Positions 20,012 to 29,892 of a stretch of DNA of 64,000 bases are shown here, one piece after another. The DNA is from Halobacteriovoraceae bacterium (lineage in GTDB: Bacteria > Bdellovibrionota > Bacteriovoracia > Bacteriovoracales > Bacteriovoracaceae). Each line of letters opens with the position of its first letter. Position 1 is the stretch's first letter. The stretch lies in NCBI GenBank assembly GCA_963719505.1, contig CAVRCF010000005.1, forward strand, positions 576,001 to 640,000. The letters are read 5' to 3'. The notes under the pieces were generated by a model. That model was not told where the DNA came from. It worked only from the letters and a program-made list of their open reading frames with translations, and did not search any database. The position numbers and the translations under genes were made by a program.

Positions 20012-20476
20012 TTAAAACGATATTGAGAACAGTTCAAAGTTTCGACTTTGCTGTGAGTTTTCATCTGAGTTTTCATTAATTGAGATATCAAGTTGATAAA
20101 AAGAGTAGTCTTCTGGAACCTCACGAGTGAGAGCGTGAATATACTTTTCACCCCACTCGACTAAAAAGAAGCGTTTATCCTCGAGGTAGAGCTCAAGCTC
20201 CAAATGAATGATTTCATCCGCACTTTTCAGACGATAGAAATCTCCATGGAGAATATTGGGGGTCTCACTTAATACACTATAACTTGGGCTTAAAGTTTTT
20301 GAGCGCGGATCAGTCTCACTAACAAAGACTTTAGTGAAGGTTGTTTTACCTGAGCCCATAGGCCCATTAAGAATAATGACAGAAGGAGCCTCGATCATAT
20401 CTTTTAGTTCATAGGCAATATAACCTAGATCTGGTTCGAAAACTTTTTTCCACTCTCTAATTGATTTTAGATTCAT
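20012..20476 (-). CDS. tsaE: tRNA t6A biosynthesis ATPase TsaE
   Basis: GPMGSGKTTF, SPSYSV, HGDFYRL, LVEWG; follows nnr. Confidence 0.9.
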   Translation of the reverse strand: MNLKSIREWKKVFEPDLGYIAYELKDMIEAPSVIILNGPMGSGKTTFTKVFVSETDPRSKTLSPSYSVLSETPNILHGDFYRLKSADEIIHLELELYLEDKRFFLVEWGEKYIHALTREVPEDYSFYQLDISINENSDENSQQSRNFELFSISF

Positions 20477-22086
20477 TTTTTACCTAGTGAATAATCAATC
20501 ACTCCAATTTGCTCATCTAACTCTTTAAAAGCCTCAGGAAATGAATCGATAATAGACATGGCACTCATTGCTCTCACACCAAGCTTTTGAGCAGCAAGAT
20601 GTCCCGAAAGAGAATGGATGAAAACAGCCAGACCGACAGTTTTATTAAAATTTTCATAACGATTAACCAGTGGCTGGTTGTCTTTCAGCTCAGGGTCTTG
20701 TCCTAATAATCCTCCGAGAATACCAGCTAAAACATCTCCGGCTCCACCAGTTGCCATTCCATCATTAGGTGAAAAGTTAAAGAATACACTGCCGTCGGTA
20801 AATCCCATATAAGTACATGGACCTTTGAGAAGAACGGTGCAGTTGATTTTATCCACAAGCTTATTTAAATGATGAACAGGACTTCGGTGAAGGTCATCAA
20901 GTTCAATATCACAAAAACGAGCAAACTCTCCAAAATGAGGTGTTAAAATTGTAGGTGCATCTCTGAGACGAAAAACTTCACCATCTTCTTTGAGGCTTAA
21001 AACATTTATCGCATCGGCATCGAGAACGATCGGCCCGTCAAAGTTATTGAGAATTTCAAGAACAAGTTTTCTTGTTCGCGTAGAGCGCGCAAGCCCAGGC
21101 CCTATAACAATAGCCGAGTACTTGTTTAAATCCATAATGAGTCTGCCCCATTTGGTCGTATCAATAGGAACATAGCCTGTCATAACTTCTGGAATCAGCC
21201 TCGAGATAAACTCTTGGTATTGAGGCTCCCAGGTTGCTGCAGTGATAAGACCAGCTCCAACTTTTAAGGCCGCTTGAGAAGCCATGACAAGAGCACCTGT
21301 TAATCCATGAGAGCCACCGATAACTAAGGTGTGTCCAAATATTTTTTTATCTGCAAAACGGTCTCTTCTACTAATAGGATCAACAATATCTTCTAAGCTC
21401 AAAAGAAATTTATTTCCCTCATCAACAAGCGATCCAGGAAAGCCAATTTCAAGAATTTGAACAGATCCAACTAATTTTGCACCGTCGGCAACATAGTAAC
21501 CCAACTTCGGAAGAGCGATGGCCAAGGTAAGATCGGCCTCTATCGCGTTGCCTTGAATAAAGCCTGTGTCACCTTCGACACCAGAAGGTATATCCACAGA
21601 AATGGTATAAGAAGAGTTATCGTTTACATATTTTATAACATCATAAATAAAGTTTGATAGCGGAAGCACAACACCTGTTCCAAAAAGGGCATCGACCACG
21701 GCAAATTCACCCTGGAGTTGATCAAAGTAGGAACTAAACTGGTCGAAGCGCTCAATATGATTAAGCTTGACACCAAAGCACTCCGATATCTTTGCCTGCT
21801 CTATAAGCTCATCACTGCACTCTGAGTGAGGAAAAAGCATAAGCGCTCGCATATTGTAACCCATCGATCTCAGATGCCTGGCAATGGATAAACCATTAGC
21901 GCCGTTATTTCCTTTTCCAATGAGAAAAACGAGCTCGAGGTCTGGATTCTGTTCCAGTAAAGTCTCTTTAAGAAGCTTGGCACCTTTGGAGCCAACATTC
22001 TCAATAACCATTTTTTCATCAAAGAAAAACTGTTCAGCAGCAGCCTGTTCAATTTTTTTCATCTCTTTAATATTTACAATACGCAT
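20473..22086 (-). CDS. nnr: Bifunctional NAD(P)H-hydrate epimerase/dehydratase
   Basis: GKGNNG, DALFGTG, DIPSG, IGPGL, VLDADA, LTPHFGE, MATGGAGDVLAG. Confidence 0.93.
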   Translation of the reverse strand: MRIVNIKEMKKIEQAAAEQFFFDEKMVIENVGSKGAKLLKETLLEQNPDLELVFLIGKGNNGANGLSIARHLRSMGYNMRALMLFPHSECSDELIEQAKISECFGVKLNHIERFDQFSSYFDQLQGEFAVVDALFGTGVVLPLSNFIYDVIKYVNDNSSYTISVDIPSGVEGDTGFIQGNAIEADLTLAIALPKLGYYVADGAKLVGSVQILEIGFPGSLVDEGNKFLLSLEDIVDPISRRDRFADKKIFGHTLVIGGSHGLTGALVMASQAALKVGAGLITAATWEPQYQEFISRLIPEVMTGYVPIDTTKWGRLIMDLNKYSAIVIGPGLARSTRTRKLVLEILNNFDGPIVLDADAINVLSLKEDGEVFRLRDAPTILTPHFGEFARFCDIELDDLHRSPVHHLNKLVDKINCTVLLKGPCTYMGFTDGSVFFNFSPNDGMATGGAGDVLAGILGGLLGQDPELKDNQPLVNRYENFNKTVGLAVFIHSLSGHLAAQKLGVRAMSAMSIIDSFPEAFKELDEQIGVIDYSLGKK

Positions 22087-22101
22087 GATGGAAGAACCTT
22101 T

Positions 22102-22848
22102 TTAACTTTCTATGATTTTAATTAATTTTTTAACACTATTTTCAAGTCCAGCAAATACTGCGTCAGCAATAATCCAATGCCCGATATTGTACTCCACAAA
22201 TAATTGAGCATCCACCAGTGGCTTTAAGTTTTCATCTGTTAATCCATGCCCGGCATGAAAACCAATATTATGGGTATGGCAATAATCTTTTGCTTTTTTA
22301 AACTCTTCTATATAGGAATCAATATTTTCATCGTTATTAAAAGCGTGGGCGTAGTCACCAGTATGAATCTCAACAGCATCGGCTTCAAGCCTTTGACACA
22401 TCTGCATTGTCTCTATATTTGCTTCAACAAAAAGTGAGATCTTAGCATTTGGAATTTCGTTTTTAAATTTTTTACAAGTCTGACTTATTTTATCAAAGGT
22501 GTTTTTATCTTTAAGATTAAGACCACCTTCAGTTGTTCTCTCTTCTCTTTTCTCTGGTACAATACAGATCCACTCTGGGTCGACATCGATGGCAATATCA
22601 ATAATTTCTGGGTTCGCACCAATTTCTAAATTTAAGGGCTTTCCATAATTTTGAGTCACAGTTTTAACAGTTGTAACATCGAAGTCCTGAATATGCCTTC
22701 TATCTTCACGAAGATGAATTGTTATTTGATCGGCGCCAGCATCTAAAACGACTTTTGCAGCCTCGGCCACACTTGGATATTGTTCTCCACGAGCTTGCCT
22801 TAGCGTTGCCACATGATCAATATTTACTCCTAGTCTTACTTTTTTCAT
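22102..22848 (-). CDS. pdxJ: Pyridoxine 5'-phosphate synthase
   Basis: LGVNIDHVATLRQAR, HLREDRRHIQD, TTEGGL, EIHTG, HAGHGL, EYNIGH. Confidence 0.97.
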   Translation of the reverse strand: MKKVRLGVNIDHVATLRQARGEQYPSVAEAAKVVLDAGADQITIHLREDRRHIQDFDVTTVKTVTQNYGKPLNLEIGANPEIIDIAIDVDPEWICIVPEKREERTTEGGLNLKDKNTFDKISQTCKKFKNEIPNAKISLFVEANIETMQMCQRLEADAVEIHTGDYAHAFNNDENIDSYIEEFKKAKDYCHTHNIGFHAGHGLTDENLKPLVDAQLFVEYNIGHWIIADAVFAGLENSVKKLIKIIES

Positions 22849-22849
22849 T

Positions 22850-24211
22850 CTAACCCAGTGCCTTTTTTACTACATTTGTTATTTGCGTCGCCCATTTATT
22901 AACAAGAACATCGTCACTTCCCTCTACCATAACTCTGGCCAAATTTTCGGTACCAGAATATCTTAAAAGGACCCGGCCTATTCCTTCAAGTTCAGCTTCG
23001 GCTTGTTTTACGACTTGTTGAATATCACTATTTTTTTCAAACGGAACTTTCTTTGCAACACGAATATTGTTGAGAATTTGGGGAACGAGTTTTACTTCCT
23101 TCACAAGTTCATGCAGAGGTTTCTTAAAATATTTCAAACACTCAATGACCTTTAAAGCAGCGAGTATACCATCGCCTGTGGTCGCAAAGTCTTTAAAGAT
23201 TAGATGCCCTGAAGGCTCTCCACCAAAGACGGCACCTGTCTTTCTCATCTGTTCAACAATGTATCTATCCCCTACATTTGTTCTCGAAAATTTAATTCCC
23301 AGCTCTTTTAAATAGAGCTCAAGACCAAAGTTACTCATGAGAGTACCCACAACCTCGTTGGCCTCCCCTAGATTCCCTGTTTCTTTTAAAAACTTTGAGA
23401 AAATTCCCATAAGGACATCCCCGTGCACAATTTTACCTCTGTTATCGACGATGACTAATCGATCGGCATCGCCATCCAAACAGATACCAAGGTCAGCTCT
23501 ATATTTAATGACCTCATCTGCGCATTTACTTGGATGCAAAGCGCCAACTTTATCATTTATATTCAAACCATTTGGCTGATTACCAATACTGATAACCTCT
23601 GCGCCTAGTTCTTCAAAGCACATTGGGGCAACTTTATAACCGGCTCCATTGGCCCCATCTACCACAAGCCTCATTCCATCCAAACTATAGTAGGAGTTGA
23701 AAGCTGACTTTACTTTAACGATATATCGACCCACGACTTCATCTAATCTTTTTGCTTTTCCAAGCTTATCATCTAGCTTGGTCTCAATAAGACTGGGGTC
23801 TAGAATCATTTTTTCTAATTCCAGCTCCACGTCATCGGGCAACTTATGTCCATCTCTATCAAAGATCTTTATTCCATTGTCCGAGTAATGGTTATGAGAG
23901 GCTGAGATCATAACTCCTGCATCTGCCCTCATGGACTCAGTCACAAAAGCCACCCCTGGTGTGGGAAGGGGTCCTGTTAAGATCGCGGTTCCCCCCTGGG
24001 CGCATACACCCGAAGAAAAAGCTTGCTCAAGCATATAACAGCTCCTGCGGGTATCTTTTCCTATAATAATCATCGTCTTCTTTGAACCTGTTAACTTTTG
24101 AAAATACGCCGTAACCGCTCGCCCCAAAGAAAATGCAACCTCTCCTGTCATAGGATAGACGTTGGCTTTTCCTCTAATACCGTCAGTTCCAAATAATTTT
24201 CTCTCGTTCAT
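22850..24211 (-). CDS. glmM: Phosphoglucosamine mutase
   Basis: FGTDGIRG, ISASHN, DGDADR, GGEPSGH, RYSGTE. Confidence 0.97.
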   Translation of the reverse strand: MNERKLFGTDGIRGKANVYPMTGEVAFSLGRAVTAYFQKLTGSKKTMIIIGKDTRRSCYMLEQAFSSGVCAQGGTAILTGPLPTPGVAFVTESMRADAGVMISASHNHYSDNGIKIFDRDGHKLPDDVELELEKMILDPSLIETKLDDKLGKAKRLDEVVGRYIVKVKSAFNSYYSLDGMRLVVDGANGAGYKVAPMCFEELGAEVISIGNQPNGLNINDKVGALHPSKCADEVIKYRADLGICLDGDADRLVIVDNRGKIVHGDVLMGIFSKFLKETGNLGEANEVVGTLMSNFGLELYLKELGIKFSRTNVGDRYIVEQMRKTGAVFGGEPSGHLIFKDFATTGDGILAALKVIECLKYFKKPLHELVKEVKLVPQILNNIRVAKKVPFEKNSDIQQVVKQAEAELEGIGRVLLRYSGTENLARVMVEGSDDVLVNKWATQITNVVKKALG

Positions 24212-25120
24212 TTATTTCTCACTTTTTTCAAGCTCCACCACCACTGAGTCTGGAACAATTTTTAATAGATGTAAATTTTCTGGAAGCTTTGCCTCCAGCT
24301 TAATTGTTTGCTTATCAGCAGAATCGTCAACCGTAGCAACGACTTTTATATCTCCTGAACTAATTCTTAAATCCTGACTATTTTCCGCTAAAACCATAAG
24401 ATTAGCAAATCGCACATCAGCACTTTTAATCTTTCTATGACTTAAAAAGTAGATAGGAATCTTCTTGAGAATCATATTAGACCTCGTCGTTTTGACAACA
24501 TAGTCGAAGACAACTTTATTAGCACTATATTGAATTCGATTGTCATTTTTTACGAGATAAAGTTCCCGAGAGCCAGCACTAGTTATCTGTGAATAGTTTA
24601 CGACTTGAGTCGAAACGGTCTGAATCTTTTCCACAATAGAGCGAGCTCCAGTGACTTTTATAGAAGAGGGATTAATAGTGCTTTTTACCAGCTTGTGATC
24701 AAGAGGAATCTCTCCAACATTTTGAATAGAAATAGGAATATCCTTTGTTATCGATTCTTCAATTTCCACTGTCACTTTTGCCGGAAGCACTTTATCCACT
24801 TTAATACCAAAAGGGATATTAAACCCTAGGTTCTCACTGATAAACTCGTATTCCATTTTATTGGGATTAAAATTTGACGCAATATTAACCTTAAGAATAT
24901 CTTGGGCTTTTTCTAGGCTTCTTATAACGGCTTTTGGTCCTGTTAATGTGAAGCCAACAGAAGGTACCTTCTCGCTGACCAATGAATAACCAGCTGGCAT
25001 TGTATAATCAAGCTTTACTTCAATTGTTGCAGTCGTCTTTGCTGTACTCATGACATAAAGCCAGATGAGAAAGGCTATCAAAACAGACAAAAAAGGAATT
25101 AAAAAGGACCTAAGCTTCAT
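24212..25120 (-). CDS. cdaR: YbbR/CdaR-like diadenylate cyclase regulator
   Basis: N-terminal TM (AFLIWLYV), beta-rich repeats (P..V.V.G), lies between cdaA and glmM. Confidence 0.8.
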   Translation of the reverse strand: MKLRSFLIPFLSVLIAFLIWLYVMSTAKTTATIEVKLDYTMPAGYSLVSEKVPSVGFTLTGPKAVIRSLEKAQDILKVNIASNFNPNKMEYEFISENLGFNIPFGIKVDKVLPAKVTVEIEESITKDIPISIQNVGEIPLDHKLVKSTINPSSIKVTGARSIVEKIQTVSTQVVNYSQITSAGSRELYLVKNDNRIQYSANKVVFDYVVKTTRSNMILKKIPIYFLSHRKIKSADVRFANLMVLAENSQDLRISSGDIKVVATVDDSADKQTIKLEAKLPENLHLLKIVPDSVVVELEKSEK

Positions 25121-25907
25121 AAGCCACCTCTGCCTTTTGTCCGTTTTGGGATTTTAAAACGACCGAAAGCTTACTACGCAGCTGTCTATCATTTTTAACA
25201 TCAAAGAATTCGCCTTCGTTACAAATTTTTATAAGTCCTGTCTCCTCAGAGACGATAACCACAACGGCATCAGTCAATTCCGTCACCCCCAAAGCTGCTC
25301 TGTGACGAGTACCATAGTGGCGGTCTATCTCAACATTTTTTGACAAGGGAAGAAAACATCCAGCCGATTGAATTTTTCCATTAAAAATAATAATGGCTCC
25401 ATCGTGTAAAGGAGAGCTCCCTTGAAAAATAGAATAGATAAGGTCTGAGTGAATAGCGCTATCAATGCGAGTTCCCGTCAAAGAGAAGTTTAGTAAACCT
25501 TGGTTTTTCTCAAACACAATAAGAGCACCCGTTTTTTCTTTGCTGAGCACCGAACAAACCCGGACAATTTCTTCTAAGTCCTCATCGTGAAGAGTTTTTC
25601 TTTTTCGAGAAAACATTTTCGTTTCACCAAAAGAAACCAAAGCCGCTCTTATCTCTTCTTGAAAAAGAATGATAATGATAACGAAAAAGTAATCAAAAAA
25701 TTGAGTCAAGATCCAGTTGAGAGAATAAAGCTTGAAGCTGATACTAATCCAAAACAAACTCAAAAGAGCAATGAGTCCAAAGATCATCTGAACCGCTCGA
25801 GTCCCCTGAACGATGAGAAGAAAACGATAAACGATGAAAGCCATGATGCCTAAATCAAGCATATCGTTAACTGTAAAATTTTGAATTACTTTTAGTAAAA
25901 AATCCAA
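25110..25907 (-). CDS. cdaA: Diadenylate cyclase CdaA/DacA
   Basis: Three TMs, FQEEIR, GALIV, PLHDGA, GTRHRAALG, VSEETG; TTG start. Confidence 0.95.
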   Translation of the reverse strand: MDFLLKVIQNFTVNDMLDLGIMAFIVYRFLLIVQGTRAVQMIFGLIALLSLFWISISFKLYSLNWILTQFFDYFFVIIIILFQEEIRAALVSFGETKMFSRKRKTLHDEDLEEIVRVCSVLSKEKTGALIVFEKNQGLLNFSLTGTRIDSAIHSDLIYSIFQGSSPLHDGAIIIFNGKIQSAGCFLPLSKNVEIDRHYGTRHRAALGVTELTDAVVVIVSEETGLIKICNEGEFFDVKNDRQLRSKLSVVLKSQNGQKAEVAYEA

Positions 25908-25939
25908 GATAAACCTTTATTTTCGTATAAAGGTTTATC
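25908..25939 (-). promoter_or_regulatory. 13-bp perfect inverted repeat covering the cdaA RBS
   Basis: GATAAACCTTTAT-6 nt-ATAAAGGTTTATC, immediately followed by the TTG start on the minus strand. Confidence 0.7.
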
Positions 25940-25962
25940 GGTAGATTTACGCCGCTTTCTTA
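25935..25962 (-). promoter_or_regulatory. Putative sigma28/FliA promoter for cdaA
   Basis: TAAG-N16-ACCGATAA on the minus strand. Confidence 0.5.
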
Positions 25963-27887
25963 GTGTCTTTTTCACTTAATTCATGAGCGACTTTATCAGA
26001 TGTGAGAAGTTTCTTTCTTAGTGCTTCTCTGGAAATCCCCATCTCTTTAGCGGCTTTAGACTTATTGCCTTTACATCGTCTTATCTCGGCAATGATCATT
26101 TCTCGCTCAACAAGCAAGACTCTCTCTTTGAGACTTAAAGAGAAGTCTCTAGCGTGAGGAATACTGTCGAGACCTTGGATTGAAGATTTTGTAATATCAA
26201 TAATCGGAGTCGCACCATTATTAAGCTTTGAGATGACATGGGCTTTAGGATTATACAAAACAGCTTTTTCGACAGCTTTTTGTAACTCATTTACGTTGCC
26301 TGGCCAATCATAGTTTACTAACTGCTCTTTTGCTTCTTCAGAGAACTCTTTTAAAAGTAGTCCCTGCTTGCGACATTCTTTTCTCAAAAAGTGAGAAAGG
26401 AGGTCACCGATATCTTGGTTTCTTTTGCGAAGAGGTTCAATCTGACATGTACTTGATGTAATGAATGAGTATAACTCTCCGTTAAATTCACCATTTTCAA
26501 TCGCCAGCTCTTCAAGATTTTCTGAACTTGTAAAAATGAGTCTGACATCTAAAGTTATTTCACTTCCAGGTATCCGTCTCTCTTTAAGAACCTTCATAAA
26601 TTTAAACTGCATGCTCAGGGGCATAAAGCTAATTTCATCAATGCAGACTGTTCCGCCTTTATTAGACTCTAGAACACTTACATGATCCTTTCCGCCAAAA
26701 ATTTGATGATGAAGATCTTCTTCATCCATCCCCTTACAACTAATGACTTCGTATGGGTTAAGTCCTCTTCGACCTTCATTATGGACAATTCTTGCAATTA
26801 GCTTTTTACCAACACCTTTTTCCCCTTCAATATACAAAGGTGAATCGATGTCTTTCAGTTTAACTATTGCTTTTCTTATTTCATTTGTACTTTGGCTTCT
26901 TCCAATATAGGCATGCTCTCGATCATAAGGAGTTGAAAACCTTCTTATGAGAGACTTCTCTGATATTGGATTATAGTTGTGAAAGACTGATGAGAATATT
27001 AACGCCAAGACTTTCATCGTCTTTTCATCTTCGACTGTAAATCTTGTCTCATTTCTTTTATTGAGTATCTCTATAACCCCAATAACCTTATCTTCTCGAT
27101 TTGTTATAGGATGACAAAGAATTGATTTAGTCTCAAACCCTGTTTCTCCATCGACTTTATCCGAGAAGCGAACCTTATCCGTACTCGTGTCAATATTGAG
27201 AGAAACACCTGTCGTAAAAACGCTTCCAGCAATACCTTTTCTGTAATCAAACTTTAACTTCTCTTTTTCAATACCTAAAGCTGCAGCAGCTTCTAGCTCA
27301 TTAGTCTGCGGATTTATGAGAAAGATGGTTGCTCTTTGGGCGTTAAGTATTCTTGAAATCTCTTCAAGCATAGAGTTGAGAAATGATTCTTGTGATCCAA
27401 AAGCTGTAATATCTTTAAAAAGAGAAAGCATTAAAGAGAAGACTTCAAACCCTTCAGTGGCCTGCTTATATCTTTCAGACAAAGCCATATTTGCAATACA
27501 GTCTCTCGCCCTATCGGGAGAAAAACTAGCAACATATTGCTCAATAAATCTTTTCATATTTTTTTGATCTTCTTCATCCAGCTCTGTCCCGTAGAGCATC
27601 TTATCCATGGAACCATCAAGACCAAAAGATCTTACAACATGCCCATCGAGATCAATTCTTAGTCTTTTAAACTGAATGGAAACTCTTATATTAGTGTTGA
27701 CAGAAATTTTCGATTCCGTACTAAACCCTAAACCAGTTACAGAGACGTCTTCAAGTTTTGCGTCCTCTATATAATGATACTTATTCATCTCATCTTCAAA
27801 TTCGACCATAAATCTCACATCATCACGAGATTCAACTGGAATCCTGAACGATTGAAAGAATTTAAATTCCGAAAAACTAGTAAACAT
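25947..27887 (-). CDS. PilZ-GAF-AAA+-Fis-HTH enhancer-binding-protein-like regulator
   Basis: DVSVTG (PilZ), KGIAGSVFTTG...SILCHPI...GVIEILNK (GAF), GEKGVGK and VCIDE (Walker A/B), WPGNVNEL, GNKSKAAKEMGIS. Confidence 0.88.
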   Translation of the reverse strand: MFTSFSEFKFFQSFRIPVESRDDVRFMVEFEDEMNKYHYIEDAKLEDVSVTGLGFSTESKISVNTNIRVSIQFKRLRIDLDGHVVRSFGLDGSMDKMLYGTELDEEDQKNMKRFIEQYVASFSPDRARDCIANMALSERYKQATEGFEVFSLMLSLFKDITAFGSQESFLNSMLEEISRILNAQRATIFLINPQTNELEAAAALGIEKEKLKFDYRKGIAGSVFTTGVSLNIDTSTDKVRFSDKVDGETGFETKSILCHPITNREDKVIGVIEILNKRNETRFTVEDEKTMKVLALIFSSVFHNYNPISEKSLIRRFSTPYDREHAYIGRSQSTNEIRKAIVKLKDIDSPLYIEGEKGVGKKLIARIVHNEGRRGLNPYEVISCKGMDEEDLHHQIFGGKDHVSVLESNKGGTVCIDEISFMPLSMQFKFMKVLKERRIPGSEITLDVRLIFTSSENLEELAIENGEFNGELYSFITSSTCQIEPLRKRNQDIGDLLSHFLRKECRKQGLLLKEFSEEAKEQLVNYDWPGNVNELQKAVEKAVLYNPKAHVISKLNNGATPIIDITKSSIQGLDSIPHARDFSLSLKERVLLVEREMIIAEIRRCKGNKSKAAKEMGISREALRKKLLTSDKVAHELSEKDTKKAA

Positions 27888-27916
27888 AAAGTATCTCCTC
27901 TTAATATTTCAATTAC

Positions 27917-27943
27917 TCTTCGGACTTTGAGACTAAAAGATTA
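27917..27943 (-). promoter_or_regulatory. Possible sigma28-like promoter
   Basis: TAAT-N15-TCCGAAGA about 30 nt upstream of ATG 27887; weaker match. Confidence 0.35.
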
Positions 27944-28075
27944 AATAATGACAACTTTATTTGGCGATAAGACCTCATATCAATTACTTAAGTCATAGAC
28001 TCAGGCTTATTTTGGAAGACAAATTTACTCATGAACCGTATAATCATTTAAAATTACATAAATTACGAGCTTGAT

Positions 28076-29089
28076 ATGATTAACAAAATATTAATTTTTA
28101 TTTTTACCCTAAGTTGTGCGTCAATAAGACCCATCAACCAAGAACCCTCTTCAAGTTCTCAAAATTCACCACAAAACTCAAAAGTCACCACTGCACCTAA
28201 GAGCGAAGAACCACAATCCCTGCCAAAAGTGGAGAACCTCGTCTATAAGACAAAAACGTTTGAAAACAGTCCCCAGGTTAAAAGATATTGTGATCGCCTA
28301 GACAAGTACTTTAAAAAATATGAATGGGGTAAAAGCACCTGTCACGATTACTCATGGAACCATGTGAGAAGCTCTTTCTATGGAAATCCTATTATTTGGT
28401 TTGTCTTTGGAGATGAGAGTTTAGGGACAAGTAAAAAGAACGTCACATTTATCGAATGCGGTGTCCATGGAGATGAGATTACGCCGATAAAGTTTTGCTA
28501 TGACCTTTTAGAAGATCTCAAAGAAAATCCTCAAATAATTGGAACAGATAAACTTGTTGTTGTTGCCCCCCTTGTCACCCCCGACTCTTTCTTTAAAGAA
28601 AAGCCCACTCGAACGAATGCTCGAGGAGTAGACATAAACAGAAACTTCCCAACAAAAGACTGGAATCAAAAAGCAATATCACTATGGAAGTCGAGATATC
28701 ATTCAGACAAAAGAAGATACCCTGGTAAAAGTTCACTCAGTGAGCAAGAGACAATTTTCCAAGTAAATATCATTAAAAGGTACGATCCAAATAAAGTGAT
28801 TTCCATTCACGCCCCACTTACCCTTCTCGATTATGATGGTCCCCATATTGGGCAAGAAAATGGCATGGCCGCAAGAGAGCTCCTCGAGTCGATGAGTGAC
28901 AAAGCTGGTAAATACAAAGTTTCAAATTATCCCTTTTTTACCGGTAGCCTAGGCAATTGGGCCGGGAATGAACGAAATATTCCTACTTACACGTTAGAGC
29001 TGCCTAATTCAGATTGGCACAAGACTGATAGATATTATGCTCTTTTTAGAGAGGCAATATTCCATGCTATTGGCAATAATCTTCAATGA
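28076..29089 (+). CDS. mpaA: Murein peptide amidase A-like M14 zinc carboxypeptidase (lipoprotein)
   Basis: Lipobox TLSC; GVHGDE, RTNARGVDINRNF, ISIH, GSLG, TLEL. Confidence 0.85.
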   Translation: MINKILIFIFTLSCASIRPINQEPSSSSQNSPQNSKVTTAPKSEEPQSLPKVENLVYKTKTFENSPQVKRYCDRLDKYFKKYEWGKSTCHDYSWNHVRSSFYGNPIIWFVFGDESLGTSKKNVTFIECGVHGDEITPIKFCYDLLEDLKENPQIIGTDKLVVVAPLVTPDSFFKEKPTRTNARGVDINRNFPTKDWNQKAISLWKSRYHSDKRRYPGKSSLSEQETIFQVNIIKRYDPNKVISIHAPLTLLDYDGPHIGQENGMAARELLESMSDKAGKYKVSNYPFFTGSLGNWAGNERNIPTYTLELPNSDWHKTDRYYALFREAIFHAIGNNLQ

Positions 29090-29892
29090 AAAAAATTATC
29101 GATGGTCTTGTTTATAGTTCATTGATCCCAGCTTTTTATATAACAGTCTTTACCCTTTACGCATTTTTGGTCAATTCTCAAAATATTGACCTCCAACTTC
29201 TCACCATTAATTTTCTGGGAACTTTTGTCTCTTACAATGCCATCGCCTTTATCTCTCTAAGGTTCAGAGGGATCAAGTCAATGAGGATGCAGTGGCAATA
29301 TCAATATCGATACTTGCTTATAGTTCTCTCTGTTCTCTCTTGCTGTGGAATTATATTCCTATACCCTTCACTAAACCTCTTTCAAATTTTAAATTTAGGC
29401 CATCTTTTTTTTCTTATCTTGATCTATGAGAAAAGATCGAAAAACTCGTTTAGTTTAAGAGCAAAGATTTTTATCAAACCTTTGATTATAAGCTATATAT
29501 GGGCAATGGTCGCGGTTGGTAATGTCCTTTTAGAGGGAGAAACTTTTAACTGGGTTCTCTTTGCTGAAAGCTTTCTCTCTATTGCCGCGTTAAGTCTGTT
29601 CTATGATATAAGAGACGAGAGGTATGACAAAGATCAGGATTTTAGAACGCTTGTTCATAAATTTGGTATTCAAAAAGTTAAGAGCATCAGCTATCGATTT
29701 TACCTTCTCAGTGTTTTACTAAGAATGCTCATCATCCCTTTTGCCTCTTACTGGTCTCTTTATATTATTGAGATGATTATCTATTCATTACTTCTCAAAA
29801 GAGCGAAGCCGGAAGTTAACAATCATCTCTATGTTATCGTTGTCGATGGTTTGATCGTTTTTAAACTTCTTTACGTTTTGGTATCTTACTAA
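29086..29892 (+). CDS. UbiA prenyltransferase-like membrane protein
   Basis: Multiple TMs, KPLIISYIW, YDIRDERYD...TL, terminal VDG. Confidence 0.65.
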   Translation: MKKIIDGLVYSSLIPAFYITVFTLYAFLVNSQNIDLQLLTINFLGTFVSYNAIAFISLRFRGIKSMRMQWQYQYRYLLIVLSVLSCCGIIFLYPSLNLFQILNLGHLFFLILIYEKRSKNSFSLRAKIFIKPLIISYIWAMVAVGNVLLEGETFNWVLFAESFLSIAALSLFYDIRDERYDKDQDFRTLVHKFGIQKVKSISYRFYLLSVLLRMLIIPFASYWSLYIIEMIIYSLLLKRAKPEVNNHLYVIVVDGLIVFKLLYVLVSY

